Shown: positions 40,601 to 54,720 of the stretch, one piece after another
How positions within the stretch are numbered: the first letter of the stretch is position 1
How the letters are laid out: every line of letters starts with the position of its first letter
DNA from: the human T2T-CHM13v2.0 reference genome, Homo sapiens
Direction: 5' to 3' (one strand)
Length of the DNA stretch: 64,000 nt
NCBI RefSeq assembly: GCF_009914755.1
Contig: NC_060940.1
The notes under the pieces: generated by a model
The model's input: the letters and a program-made list of their open reading frames with translations, nothing else
Database searches by the model: none
Told to the model about the DNA's origin: nothing
Made by a program: the position numbers and the translations under genes

Positions 40601-43600
40601 TGATGCTTCCATTCAAGTGCATTCGATGATATCATTCGATTCCATTTGATGATAATTCCATTTGATTCCATGCGATGATTCTATTCGATTCCATTCAATG
40701 ATAATTCCATTCAATTCAGTGATTCCTCTGGACTCCATTTGATGATGATTCCATTCAATGATTCCATTCGATTCTATTCCAAAATGATTCCATTTGAATC
40801 CATTTGATGATGATTCCATTAGATTCCATTTGATGATTCCATTCGAGTCCATTTGACGATTCCATTCGATTCCATTTGACGATGATTCCATTCGATTCCA
40901 TTTGATGATTCCATTCTATTCTATTCGATGATGATTCCATTCGATTCCATTTGATGATGATTGGATTCGATTCCATTTGATGATTTCATTTGATTCCATT
41001 CGTTAATGATTTCGATCAACTCCATTCGATGATTCCATTTGATTCCATTCGATAATGATTACATCCGAGTCCATTCGATGATTCCATTTGAGCCCGTTCG
41101 ATAATTCCATTTGAGTCCAATCAATGATTCCATTCATTTCCATTCAATGATTCCATTCGAGTCCATTTGATCATTCTGGTAGGGTCCGTTCGCTGTTGAT
41201 TCCATTGGAGTGCATTCGATGATTCCATTCGAGTCCATTTTAGGATTTGATTCGAGTCCTTTCGATGATTCCATTCGATTCCACTCGATGATGATTTCAT
41301 TCGAGTCCATTCGACACTTCCAATCGATTCCATTTGATGTTTCCATTCGAGTCCAATTGATGATTCCATTCAATTCCATTCGATGATGATTCCGTACGAT
41401 TCCATTCTGTGATGATTCCATGTGATTGCATTCAATGATGATTCCTTTCGACTGCATTCGATTATGATTCATTTCGTGTTCATTCTATGGTTCCACAGGT
41501 TTCCATTCGATGACGTTTCTGTTCGTGTCCATTCCATTATTCCATTCTATTTCATTTGATGATGATTCCATTCGATTCCATTCATTGGTGATTCCACTCA
41601 ATTCCATTCAATGATTCCATTCCATTTCTTTCAACAATGATTCCATTAGTTTCTATTCGATGATCCACTTGATTCCATTTGGCGATGATTCCATTCGTGT
41701 CCATTCGATGATTCCATTTGATTCCATATGATGATGATTCCATTCGATTCCATACCATGATGATTCCATTCGAGTCCATTCAATGGTGATTCCATTCAAT
41801 TCCATTCGATGATTCCTTCCGATTCCATTCGATGATGATGGCATTCGATTCCTTTCAATCATTCCCTTTCATTCCATTCAAAGGTGATTTCATTCAAGTC
41901 CATTCGATAATTGCATTCGATTCCATTCTATGATGATTCCATTCGAGTCCATTTGATGATTCCATTCAATTCAAGTCAATGATGATTCCATTCGATTCCA
42001 CTCGATGATTCCATTGGATTCCATTCGATGATGATTCCATTCAAATCCATTCGATAATTCAATTCAAGTCCATTCGATGATGATTCCAATCGAATCCATT
42101 CAAAGATTCCATTCAATTCCATTCGATGATGATTCCCTTAGATTCCATTCGATGATTCCACTTGATTCCATTTACGATGATTCCATTCGATTCCATGTGA
42201 TGAATCCATTCAATTCTATTCAATGATGTTTCCATTTGATTCCATTCGACCATGATTGCCTTTGATTCCATTCAATGATTCCATTCGGTTCCATTTGATG
42301 ATGATTCCGTTCGATTCCATTTCATTATTCCATTTGATTCCATTGGATGAGTCCATTCGATTACATTCGATGATTATTCCATTCGAGTGCATTAGATGAT
42401 TGCATTCGAGTCCATTCGATGATTCCATTCGATTCCATTCGATGTTGATTCTGTTCAAATCCATTCGATGATTCCACTCGATTCCATTCGATGACTCCAT
42501 TTGATCCCATTCGATGATTTCCTGTGATTCCCTTTGATGATCATTCTATTTGATTCAATTCGGTGATTTCATTTCATTCCATTCAGTGATGTTTCCATTC
42601 GACTGTATTCGATGATGATTCCATTCGACTCCATTCGATTATGATTTCATTCAATTCCATTCAATAATGATTCCCTTCGAGTCCATTCGATGATTCCATT
42701 CGATTCCATTCAACGATGATTTGATTCGTTTCCATTCGATGATTCCATTTGATTCCACTTGATGATGATTCCATTCGAGTCCATTTGATGATTCCATTCG
42801 AGTCTATTTATGTATTATATTCGTGTCCACTTCATGATTCCATCCAATTCCATCTAATGTTGATTCCATTTGATTCCATTTGATGATTCAGTTCGATTCC
42901 TTGCAATGATTCCCTACGATTCCTTTCTATGATGATTCCATTCTATTCCATTCATTGATGATTTCATTCGACTCCATTCGATGATGATTCCTTTCGATTC
43001 CATTTGACGATGTTTCCATTCGAGTCCATTCGATGATGATTCTATTCAATTCTGTTCTATTATGATTCCATTCGATTTCATTCAATGCTTCTATTTGATT
43101 CCATTCGATGATGATTCCATCTCTTTCCCTTCGATGATTCCATTTGATTCCATTCAGTGATGATTCCATTTGATTCCATCTGATGATGATTTCACTTGAT
43201 TCCTTTCAATGATGATTCAATTCAAGTCCATTCGATGATTCCATTGGAGTCCAAACGATCATTCCGTTCGATTCCATTCAATGGTGATTCCATTCATGTC
43301 CATTCGATGAATCCATTCAATTCCATTCGATGATGACTCCATTCGAGTACATTCGATGATTCCATTTGATTCCATTTGAAGATGATTCCATTCAATTCCA
43401 TTCGAAGATGATTCCATTCAATTCCATTCGATGATGATTCCGTATGAATCCATTCTCTGATTATTCCATTCGATTCCATTCATTGACGATTCCATTCAAT
43501 TCCATTCAATGATGATTCTCTTCTATTCCATTCGATGATTCCGTTCGATTCCATTCGATGATGATTCCATTAGATTCCATTCGATTGTTGCATTCGATTC

Positions 43601-45612
43601 CCTTCGATGATGATTCCTTTGAATTCCATTCGATTATCATTCCGTATGAATCCATTTGATGATTATTCCATTGGATTCCTTTCGATGATGATTCCATTCG
43701 AGTCCATTCGGTGATTCTATTCGAATCCATTTGATGATTTCTTTTGATTATAGTTGTTGATGATTCCTTTGGAGTCCATTCAATGATTCCATTCGATTCC
43801 AATCGATGGTGATTCCATTAGAGTCCATTTAATGATTCCATTTGATTCCAGTCTCTGATGATTACATTCGAGTCCATACGATGATTCCACTCAATTCCAT
43901 ATGATGATGATTCCATTCGATTCCATTCGATGATTCCATTCTATTCTATTCAATGGTGATTCCATTCGAGTACATTAGATGATTCCATTCGATTCCATTC
44001 AATGATGATTCTATTTGTGTCCCTTAGATGGTTCCACATGATTCCATTAGATGATGATACTATTTGAGCCCATCCAATGATTCCCTTCGATTCCATTCGA
44101 TGAGGATTCCATTCGATTCAATTCATTGGTGATTCTATTCAATTCAATTCTTTGATTCCATTCCATTCCATTCGACAATGATTCCATTCGATTTCTTTCG
44201 ATGATTCCACTCGATTCCACTTGACATTGATTCCATTCGATTCCATTCAATGATTCCGTTTGATTCCAGTGGATGATGATTGCCATGAATTCCATTCGAT
44301 CACTCCATTCTATTCCATTTGATGATGATTACATTCGATTCCATTTGATGATTCCATCTGATTCTATTCGAGGATTCCATTTGATTCCATTCGATGATGA
44401 TTCCATTCGAGTCCATTCGATGATTTCATTCGAGTACATCCAATGATTCCATTCGAGTCCATTTGATGATTCCATTTGATGCCATTTGATTATGATTCTA
44501 CTAGAGTCCATTCAATGACTCCATTCGAATCCATTCAACAATTCCATTCGAGTCCATTCAATGATTCCATTTCATGATTCCATTCGAGTCCATTTAATCA
44601 TTACAGTCGAGTCCGTTTGGTGATTCCACTGGATTTCTTTTGATAATGATACCATTCAATTACATTTGATGATGATCCCCTTCAATTTCATTTGATGGTG
44701 ATTCCATTAGAGTCCATTCGATGATTTCATTCGAGTCCCTTCATTGATTCCATCCGATTTCATTGGATGATGACTCCATTCGAGTCCATTCGATGATTCC
44801 ACTCGATTCCATTAGATGATTCCATTAGAGTCCATTTGATTGTTCCATTCGATTCCATTCGATTCCTTTCGAAGATTATTCCATTTGAGTCCATTCGATG
44901 ATGTTTCCATTCCATTCCATTCCATTCGATGATTCCGTTTGATTCCATTCGATGATTCCCTTTGATTCCTTTCTATGATGATTCCATTCCATTCCATTCA
45001 ATGATTCCATTCGAATCTATTCCATGATGATTCCTTTCGATTCCATTCGCTGATGTTTCCGTTCAATTCCATTCGATGATGATTCCATTCGATTCCATTC
45101 ATTGAGGATTCCATTTGATTCCATTCAATGATGATTCCATTCGATTCCATTCAATCATTGCATTCAATTCCATTCAATGATTATCCCCTTAGAGTAAACT
45201 CAACGATTCCATTCAATACCATTCGATGATGATTCCTTTTGAGTCCATTCAATGATTTCATTCAAGTCCATTTGATGACTCCTTTCAATTCCATTCTATG
45301 ATGATTCCATTCGAGTCCATTCGATGATTCCATTCGATTCCATTCGATGTTGATTCTGTTCAAATCCATTCGATGATTCCACTCGATTCCATTCGATGAC
45401 TCCAGTTGATCCCATTCGATGATTTCCTTTGATTCCCTTTGATGATCATTCTATTTGATTCAATTCGGTGATTTCATTTGATTCCATTCAGTGATGTTTC
45501 CATTCGACTCCATTCGATGATGATTCCATTCGACTCCATTCGATTATGATTTCATTCAATTCCATTCGATAATGATTCCCTTCGAGTGCATTCGATGATT
45601 CCATTCGATTCC
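37650..45612 (+). repeat. Block (part D-E-F-G-H-I-A-B-part J-part D-E-F-B tail-C start), first copy of an ~18.4-kb-spaced duplication
   Basis: Offsets to the downstream copy: 38007->56418 (18411), 41582->59944 and 42927->61289 (18362), 43506->61894, 44047->62435 and 44760->63148 (18388). Confidence 0.85.
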
Positions 45613-48600
45613 ATTCAACGATGATTTGATTCGTGTCCATTCGATGATTCCATTTGATTCCACTTGATGATGATTCCATTCGAGTCCATTTGATGATTCC
45701 ATTCAATTCCATTCTCCGATGATTTCTTTTGAGCCCATTCAATGCTTCCACTCGATTCCATATGATGATGACTCCATTCGATGAAATTCGATGATGATTC
45801 CATTCGCTTGCGTTCGATGACGATTCCACTTGAGTCCGTTAAAAGATTCTATTCAATTACATTCCATGACGATTCCGTTCGAGTCCATTTGATGATTCCA
45901 TTAGACTCCATTCGACGATGATTCCATTCGATGTTATTCGATGATTCCATTCGATCTCATTCGACGATGATTCCATTCAACTCCATTCGATGTTTCCATT
46001 CGAGTTCATTCTATTATTCCATTAGATTCCATTCGATGATGATTCCATTCTATTCCATTTGATGATTGCATTCTATTTCATTTGATGATGATTCCATTCG
46101 TGTCCACTCGATGATTCCATTCGAGTCCATTTAATGAATCCATTGGTTTCAATTCTATGATGATTACATTGGATTCCATTCGTTGATGATTTCATTCGGT
46201 TCCATTCAATGATGATTCCATTCAATTCCTTTCAATGTTTCCATTCAATTCCATACGATGATGATTCCATTTGATTTGATTCGACAGTGAGCCATTCGAT
46301 TCAATTCCATGATGATTCTATTTGATTCAATTGGTTGACATTTCCATTCGATTCCATTCGATGATGATTCCCCTTGATTCCATTCAAAGATGATTCCATT
46401 CTAGCCCATTCAATCATTCCATTCGATTCTATTCAATGATGATTCCATTCATGTCGATTTGGTGATTCCATTTGACTTCATTTGATGATGATTCCTTTCA
46501 AGTTCATTAGATGATTCCATTCGATTCCATTTGATGATGATCCCATTCGAGTCCATTTGATGATTCCATTCGTTTCCATTCCATGATGATTCCATTCCAT
46601 TCCATTCAGTGATTCCATTCGATTCCGTTTGGTGATGATTTCATTCGAGTCCATTTGATGATTCCATTTGATTCCATTCGATGATGATTCCATTCGAGTC
46701 CATTCGATGATTCTATTCGAATCCACTTGATGATTTCTTTTGATTATAGTTGGTGATGATTCCATTGGAGTCCATTCAATGATTCCATTCGATTCCAATC
46801 GATGGTGATTCCATTAGAGTCCATTTAATGATTCCATTTGATTCCAGTCTCTGATGATTACATTCGAGTCCATACGATGATTCCACTCAATTCCATATGA
46901 TGATGATTCCATTCGATTCCATTCGATGATTCCATTCTATTCTATTCAATGGTGATTCCATTCGAGTACATTAGATGATTCCATTCGATTCCATTCAATG
47001 ATGATTCTATTTGTGTCCCTTAGATGATTCCACATGATTCCATTAGATGATGATACTATTTGAGCCCATCCAATGATTCCCTTCGATTCCATTCGATGAG
47101 GATTCCATTCGATTCAATTCATTGGTGATTCTATTCAATTCAATTCTTTGATTCCATTGCATTCCATTCGACAATGATTCCATTCGATTTCTTTCGATGA
47201 TTCCACTCGATTCCACTTGACATTGATTCCCTTCGATTCCATTCAATGATTCCATTTGATTCCAGTGGATGATGATTGCCATCGATTCCATTCGATCACT
47301 CCATTCTATTCCATTTGATGATGATTACATTCGATTCCATTTGATGATTCCATCTGATTCTATTCGAGGATTCCATTTGATTCCATTCGATGATGATTCC
47401 ATTCGAGTCCATTCGATGATTTCATTCGAGTACATCCAATGATTCCATTCGAGTCCATTTGATGATTCCATTTGATTCCATTTGATAATGATTCTACTAG
47501 AGTCCATTCAATGACTCCATTCGAGTCCATTCAACAATTCCATTCGACTCCATTCGATGATTCCATTCGATTCCATTTGATGATTCCATTCGAGTCCATT
47601 TAATCATTGCAGTCGAGTCCATTTGGTGATTCCACTGGATTTCTTTTGATAATGATACCATTCAATTACATTTGATGATGATCCCATTCAATTTCATTTG
47701 ATGATGATTCCATTAGAGTCCATTCGATGATTTCATTCGAGTCCCCTCATTGATTCCATCCGATTTCATTGGATGATGACTCCATTCGAGTCCATTCGAT
47801 GATTCCACTCGATTCCATTAGATGATTCCATTGGAGTCCATTTGATTGTTCCATTCGATTACATTCGATTCCTTTCGAAGATTATTCCATTTGAGTCCAT
47901 TCGATGATGATTCCATTCCATTCCATTCGATGATTCCGTTTGATTCCATTCGATGATTCCCTTCGATTCCTTTCTTTGATGATTCCATTCCATTCCATTC
48001 AATGATTCCATTCGAATCTATTCCATGATGATTCCTTTCGATTCCATTCGCTGATGTATCCGTTCAATTCCATTCGATGATGATTCCATTCGATTCCATT
48101 CATTGAGGATTCCATTTGATTCCATTCAATGATGATTCCGTTCTATTCCATTCAATGATTGCATTCAATTCCATTCAATGATTATCCCCTTAGAGTAAAC
48201 TCAACGATTCCATTCAATACCATTCGATGATGATTCCTTTTGAGTCCATTCAATGATTTCATTCAAGTCCATTTGATGATTCCTTTCAATTCCATTCTAT
48301 GATGATTCCATTCGAGTCCATTCGATGATTCCATTCGATTGCATTCGATTATTCCATTATATTCCAGTCAACGATGATTCCATTCGAGTCCATTCGATGA
48401 TTCCACTAGAGTACATTTAATGATTGCTTTGTTTTCAATTCGAAGATGATTACATTGGATTCCATTCTATGATACCATTCGATTCCATTCAATGATGATT
48501 CCACTCAAATCCATTGGATGATTCCATTCGTGTCCATTCGGTGATTTCATTAGATTCCATTCGAGGATGATTCCATTCGATTCCATTCGATGATTCCATT

Positions 48601-51600
48601 CAATTCCATTCGATGATGATTCCATTCCAGTCCATATGATCATTCCATTTGATTTCATTCGATGATGATTCCATTCGATTCCATTCGATGATTCCATTCT
48701 ATTCCATTTGATGATGATTCCATTCGAGTCCATTCGATGATTCCATTGGGTTCAATTCAATGATGATTACATTGGATTCCGTTCTATGATTCCATTCAAT
48801 TCCGTTCATTGACAATTTGATTCCATTCGATGATGATTCCATTTGAGTTCATTCGATGATTCTATTCGATTCTCTTCGATGGTGATTCAATTCTATTATA
48901 TTGGATGATTCCATTCGATTCCATTTGATGTTGATTCAATTCGATTCTATTCGATGATGATTCCATTGGATTTCACTTGATGATTCTATTCGATTCCATT
49001 CAATGATGATTCACTTCTCGTCCATTGGATGATTCCATTTCATTCCATTCGATGATGATTCCATTTGATTCCATTCGATGATTCCATTTGATTCCATGCG
49101 ACGGTGAGCAATTCGATTCAATTCCATGATGATTCTCTTTGATTCAATTAGATGATGTTTCCATTCGAATCCATTCCATGATTATTCCATTGGAATCCAT
49201 TTGGCGATGATTCCATATGAGTCAATTCAATGATGATTCCATATGGGTCCGTTCGATGATAATTCCATTTGATTTCATTCGATGCTTCTATTCAATTCCA
49301 GTTGATGATGATTCCGTTGGAATCCATACGATGATTCCATTTGATTTCATTTGATGATGATTCCATTCGATGATGATTACATTGGATTCCATTCTATGAT
49401 TCCATTCAATTCCATTCGTTGATGATTCGATTCCATTCAATGATGATTCCATTTGAGTTCATTCGATGATTCTATTCGATTCCGTTCGATGGTGATTCAA
49501 TTCTATTATATTGGATGATTCGACTCGATTCCATTTGATGATTATTCCATTGGAGTCCACTTAGTGAATCCTTTAGATTCTACTCGAAGATGATTCCATT
49601 CGAGTCCATTCAATGATACCATTCAATTTCATTCGTTGATGCTTCCATTCAAGTGCATTCGATGATATCATTCGATTCCATTTGATGATAATTCCATTTG
49701 ATTCCATGCGATGATTCTATTCGATTCCATTCAATGATAATTCCATTCAATTCAGTGATTCCTCTGGACTCCATTTGATGATGATTCCATTCAATGATTC
49801 CATTCCATTCTATTCCAAAATGATTCCATTTGAATCCATTTGATGATGATTCCATTAGATTCCATTTGATGATTCCATTCAATTCCATTTGACGATGATT
49901 CCATTCGATTCCTTTCGATGATTCCATTCTATTCTATTCGATGATGATTCCATTCGATTCCATTCTATGATGATTGGATTCAATTCCATTTGATGATTTC
50001 ATTTGATTCCATTCGTTAATGATTTCGATCAACTCCATTCGATGATTCCATTTGATTCCATTCGATAATGATTACATCCGAGTCCATTCGATGATTCCAT
50101 TTGAGCCCGTTCGATAATTCCATTTGAGTCCAATCAATGATTCCATTCATTTCCATTCAATGATTCCATTCGAGTCCATTTGATCATTCCGGTAGGGTCC
50201 GTTCGATGTTGATTCCATTGGAGTGCATTCGATGATTCCATTCGAGTCCATTTTATGATTTGATTCGAGTCCTTTCGATGATTCCATTCAATTCCACTCG
50301 ATGATGATTTCATTCGAGTCCATTCGACACTTCCAATTGATTCCATTTGATGTTTCCATTCGAGTCCAATTGATGATTCCATTCAATTCCATTCGATGAT
50401 GATACCGTACGATTCCATTCTGTGATGATTCCATGTGATTGCATTCAATGATGATTCCTTTCGATTGCATTCGATTATGATTCATTTCGTGTTCATTCTA
50501 TGGTTCCACAGGTTTCCATTCGATGACTTTACCGTTCGTGTCCATTCCATTATTCCATTCTATTTCATTTGATGATGATTCCATTCGATTCCATTCATTG
50601 GTGATTCCACTCAATTCCATTCAATGATTCCATTCCATTTCTTTCAACAATGATTCCATTAGTTTCTATTCGATGATCCACTTGATTCCATTTGGCGATG
50701 ATTCCATTCGTGTCCATTCGATGATTCCATTTGATTCCATATGATGATGATTCCATTCGATTCCATACCATGATGATTCCATTCGAGTCCATTCAATGGT
50801 GATTCCATTCAATTCCATTCGATGATTCCTTCCGATTCCATTCGATGATGATGACATTCGATTCCTTTCAATCATTCCCTTTGATTCCATTCAAAAGTGA
50901 TTTCAATGAAGTCCATTCGATAATTGCATTCGATTCCATTCTATGATGATTCCATTCGAGTCCATTTGATGATTCCATTCAATTCAAGTCAATGATGATT
51001 CCATTCGATTCCACTCGATGATTCCATTGGATTCCATTCGATGATGATTCCATTAAAATCCATTCGATAATTCAATTCAAGTCCATTCGATGATGATTCC
51101 AATCGAATCCATTCAAAGATTCCATTCAATTCCATTCGATGATGATTCCCTTAGATTCCATTCGATGATTCCACTTGATTCCATTTACGATGATTCCATT
51201 CGATTCCATGTGATGAATCCATTCAATTCTATTCAATGATGTTTCCATTTGATTCCATTGGACCATGATTGCCTTTGATTCCATTCAATGATTCCATTCG
51301 GTTCCATTTGATGATGATTCCGTTCGATTCCATTTCATTATTCCATTTGATTCCATTGGATGAGTCCATTCGATTACATTCGATGATTATTCCATTCGAG
51401 TGCATTAGATGACTGCATTCGAGTCCATTCGATGATTCCATTCGATTCCATTCGATGTTGATTCTGTTCAAATCCATTCGATGATTCCACTCGATTCCAT
51501 TCGATGACTCCATTTGATCCCATTCGATGATTTCCTGTGATTCCATTTGATGATCATTCTATTTGATTCAATTCGGTGATTTCATTTCATTCCATTCAGT

Positions 51601-51724
51601 GTTGTTTCCATTCGACTCTATTCGATGATGATTCCATTCGACTCCATTCGATTATGATTTCATTCAATTCCATTCAATAATTATTCCCTTCGAGTCCATT
51701 TGATGATTCCATTCGATTCCATTC
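45346..51724 (+). repeat. ~6.38-kb unit (6.1-kb unit in B tail-C-D-E-F-G-H-I-A-B phase, plus a 271-bp overlap)
   Basis: 45488->51867, 46478->52857 and 47043->53422 are all 6379 bp apart. gatgttgattctgttcaaatcc occurs at 45346, 51454 and 51725. Confidence 0.85.
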
Positions 51725-54720
51725 GATGTTGATTCTGTTCAAATCCATTCGATGATTCCACTCGATTCCATTCGATGACTCCAGTTGATCCCATTCGATG
51801 ATTTCCTTTGATTCCCTTTGATGATCATTCTATTTGATTCAATTCGGTGATTTCATTTGATTCCATTCAGTGATGTTTCCATTCGACTCCATTCGATGAT
51901 GATTCCATTCGACTCCATTCGATTATGATTTCATTCAATTCCATTCGATAATGATTCCCTTCGAGTGCATTCGATGATTCCATTCGATTCCATTCAACGA
52001 TGATTTGATTCGTGTCCATTCGATGATTCCATTTGATTCCACTTGATGATGATTCCATTCGAGTCCATTTGATGATTCCATTCAATTCCATTCACCGATG
52101 ATTTCTTTTGAGCCCATTCAATGCTTCCACTCGATTCCATATGATGATGACTCCATTCGATGAAATTCGATGATGATTCCATTCGCTTGCCTTCGATGAT
52201 GATTCCACTTGAGTCCGTTAGAAGATTCTATTCAATTACATTCCATGACGATTCCGTTCGAGTCCATTTGATGATTCCATTAGACTCCATTCGACGATGA
52301 TTCCATTCGATGTTATTCGATGATTCCATTCGATCTCATTCGATGATGATTCCATTCAACTCCATTCGATGTTTCCATTCGAGTTCATTCTATTATTCCA
52401 TTAGATTCCATTCGATGATGATTCCATTCGATTCCATTTGATGATTGAATTCTATTTCATTTGATGATGATTCCATTCGAGTCCACTCGATGATTCCATT
52501 CGAGTCCATTTAATGAATCCATTGGTTTCAATTCTATGATGATTACATTGGATTCCATTCGTTGATGATTTCATTCGGTTCCATTCAATGATGATTCCAT
52601 TCAATTCCTTTCAATGTTTCCATTCAATTCCATACGATGATGATTCCATTTGATTTGATTCGACAGTGAGCCATTCGATTCAATTCCATGATGATTCTAT
52701 TTGATTCAATTGGTTGACATTTCCATTCGATTCCATTCGATGATGATTCCCTTTGATTCCATTCAAAGATGATTCCATTCTAGCCCATTCAATCATTCCA
52801 TTCGATTCTATTCAATGATGATTCCATTCATGTCGATTTGGTGATTCCATTTGACTTCATTTGATGATGATTCCTTTCAAGTTCATTAGATGATTCCATT
52901 CGATTCCATTTGATGATGATCCCATTCGAGTCCATTTGATGATTCCATTCGTTTCCATTCCATGATGATTCCATTCCATTCCATTCAGTGATTCCATTCG
53001 ATTCCGTTTGGTGATGATTTCATTCGAGTCCATTTGATGATTCCATTTGATTCCATTCGATGATGATTCCATTCGAGTCCATTCGATGATTCTATTCGAA
53101 TCCACTTGATGATTTCTTTTGATTATAGTTGGTGATGATTCCATTGGAGTCCATTCAATGATTCCATTCGATTCCAATCGATGGTGATTCCATTAGAGTC
53201 CATTTAATGATTCCATTTGATTCCAGTCTCTGATGATTACATTCGAGTCCATACGATGATTCCACTCAATTCCATATGATGATGATTCCATTCGATTCCA
53301 TTCGATGATTCCATTCTATTCTATTCAATGGTGATTCCATTCGAGTACATTAGATGATTCCATTCGATTCCATTCAATGATGATTCTATTTGTGTCCCTT
53401 AGATGATTCCACATGATTCCATTAGATGATGATACTATTTGAGCCCATCCAATGATACCCTTCGATTCCATTCGATGAGGATTCCATTCGATTCAATTCA
53501 TTGGTGATTCTATTCAATTCAATTCTTTGATTCCATTGCATTCCATTCGACAATGATTCCATTCGATTTCTTTCGATGATTCCACTCGATTCCACTTGAC
53601 ATTGATTCCCTTCGATTCCATTCAATGATTCCATTTGATTCCAGTGGATGATGATTGCCATCGATTCCATTCGATCACTCCATTCTATTCCATTTGATGA
53701 TGATTACATTCGATTCCATTTGATGATTCCATCTGATTCTATTCGAGGATTCCATTTGATTCCATTCGATGATGATTCCATTCGAGTCCATTCGATGATT
53801 TCATTCGAGTACATCCAATGATTCCATTCGAGTCCATTTGATGATTCCATTTGATTCCATTTGATTATGATTCTACTAGAGTCCATTCAATGACTCCATT
53901 CGAATCCATTCCACAATTCCATTCGAGTCCATTCAATGATTCCATTTCATGATTCCATTCGAGTCCATTTAATCATTACAGTCGAGTCCGTTTGGTGATT
54001 CCACTGGATTTCTTTTGATAATGATACCATTCAATTACATTTGATGATGATCCCATTCAATTTCATTTGATGATGATTCCATTAGAGTCCATTCGATGAT
54101 TTCATTCGAGTCCCTTCATTGATTCCATCCGATTTCATTGGATGATGACTCCATTCGAGTCCATTCGATGATTCCACTCGATTCCATTAGATGATTCCAT
54201 TGGAGTCCATTTGATTGTTCCATTCGATTCCATTCGATTCCTTTCGAAGATTATTCCATTTGAGTCCATTCGATGATGTTTCCATTCCATTCCATTCCAT
54301 TCGATGATTCCGTTTGATTCCATTCGATGATTCCCTTTGATTCCTTTCTATGATGATTCCATTCCATTCCATTCAATGATTTCTTTCGAATCTATTCCAT
54401 GATGATTCCTTTCGATTCCATTCGCTGATGTTTCCGTTCAATTCCATTCGATGATGATTCCATTCGATTCCATTCATTGAGGATTCCATTTGATTCCATT
54501 CAATGATGATTCCATTCTATTCCATTGAATGATTGCATTCAATTCCATTCAATGATTATCCCCTTAGAGTAAACTCAACGATTCCATTCAATACCATTCG
54601 ATGATGATTCCTTTTGAGTCCATTCAATGATTTCATTCAAGTCCATTTGATGATTCCTTTCAATTCCATTCTATGATGATTCCATTCGAGTCCATTCGAT
54701 GATTCCATTCGATTCCATTC
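51725..54720 (+). repeat. 2,996-bp short unit (B tail-C-D-E-F), tandemly followed by another C-D-E-F
   Basis: gatgttgattctgttc occurs at 51725 and 54721. ORFs 52857->55853, 53422->56418 and 53704->56700 are all 2996 bp apart. Confidence 0.9.
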
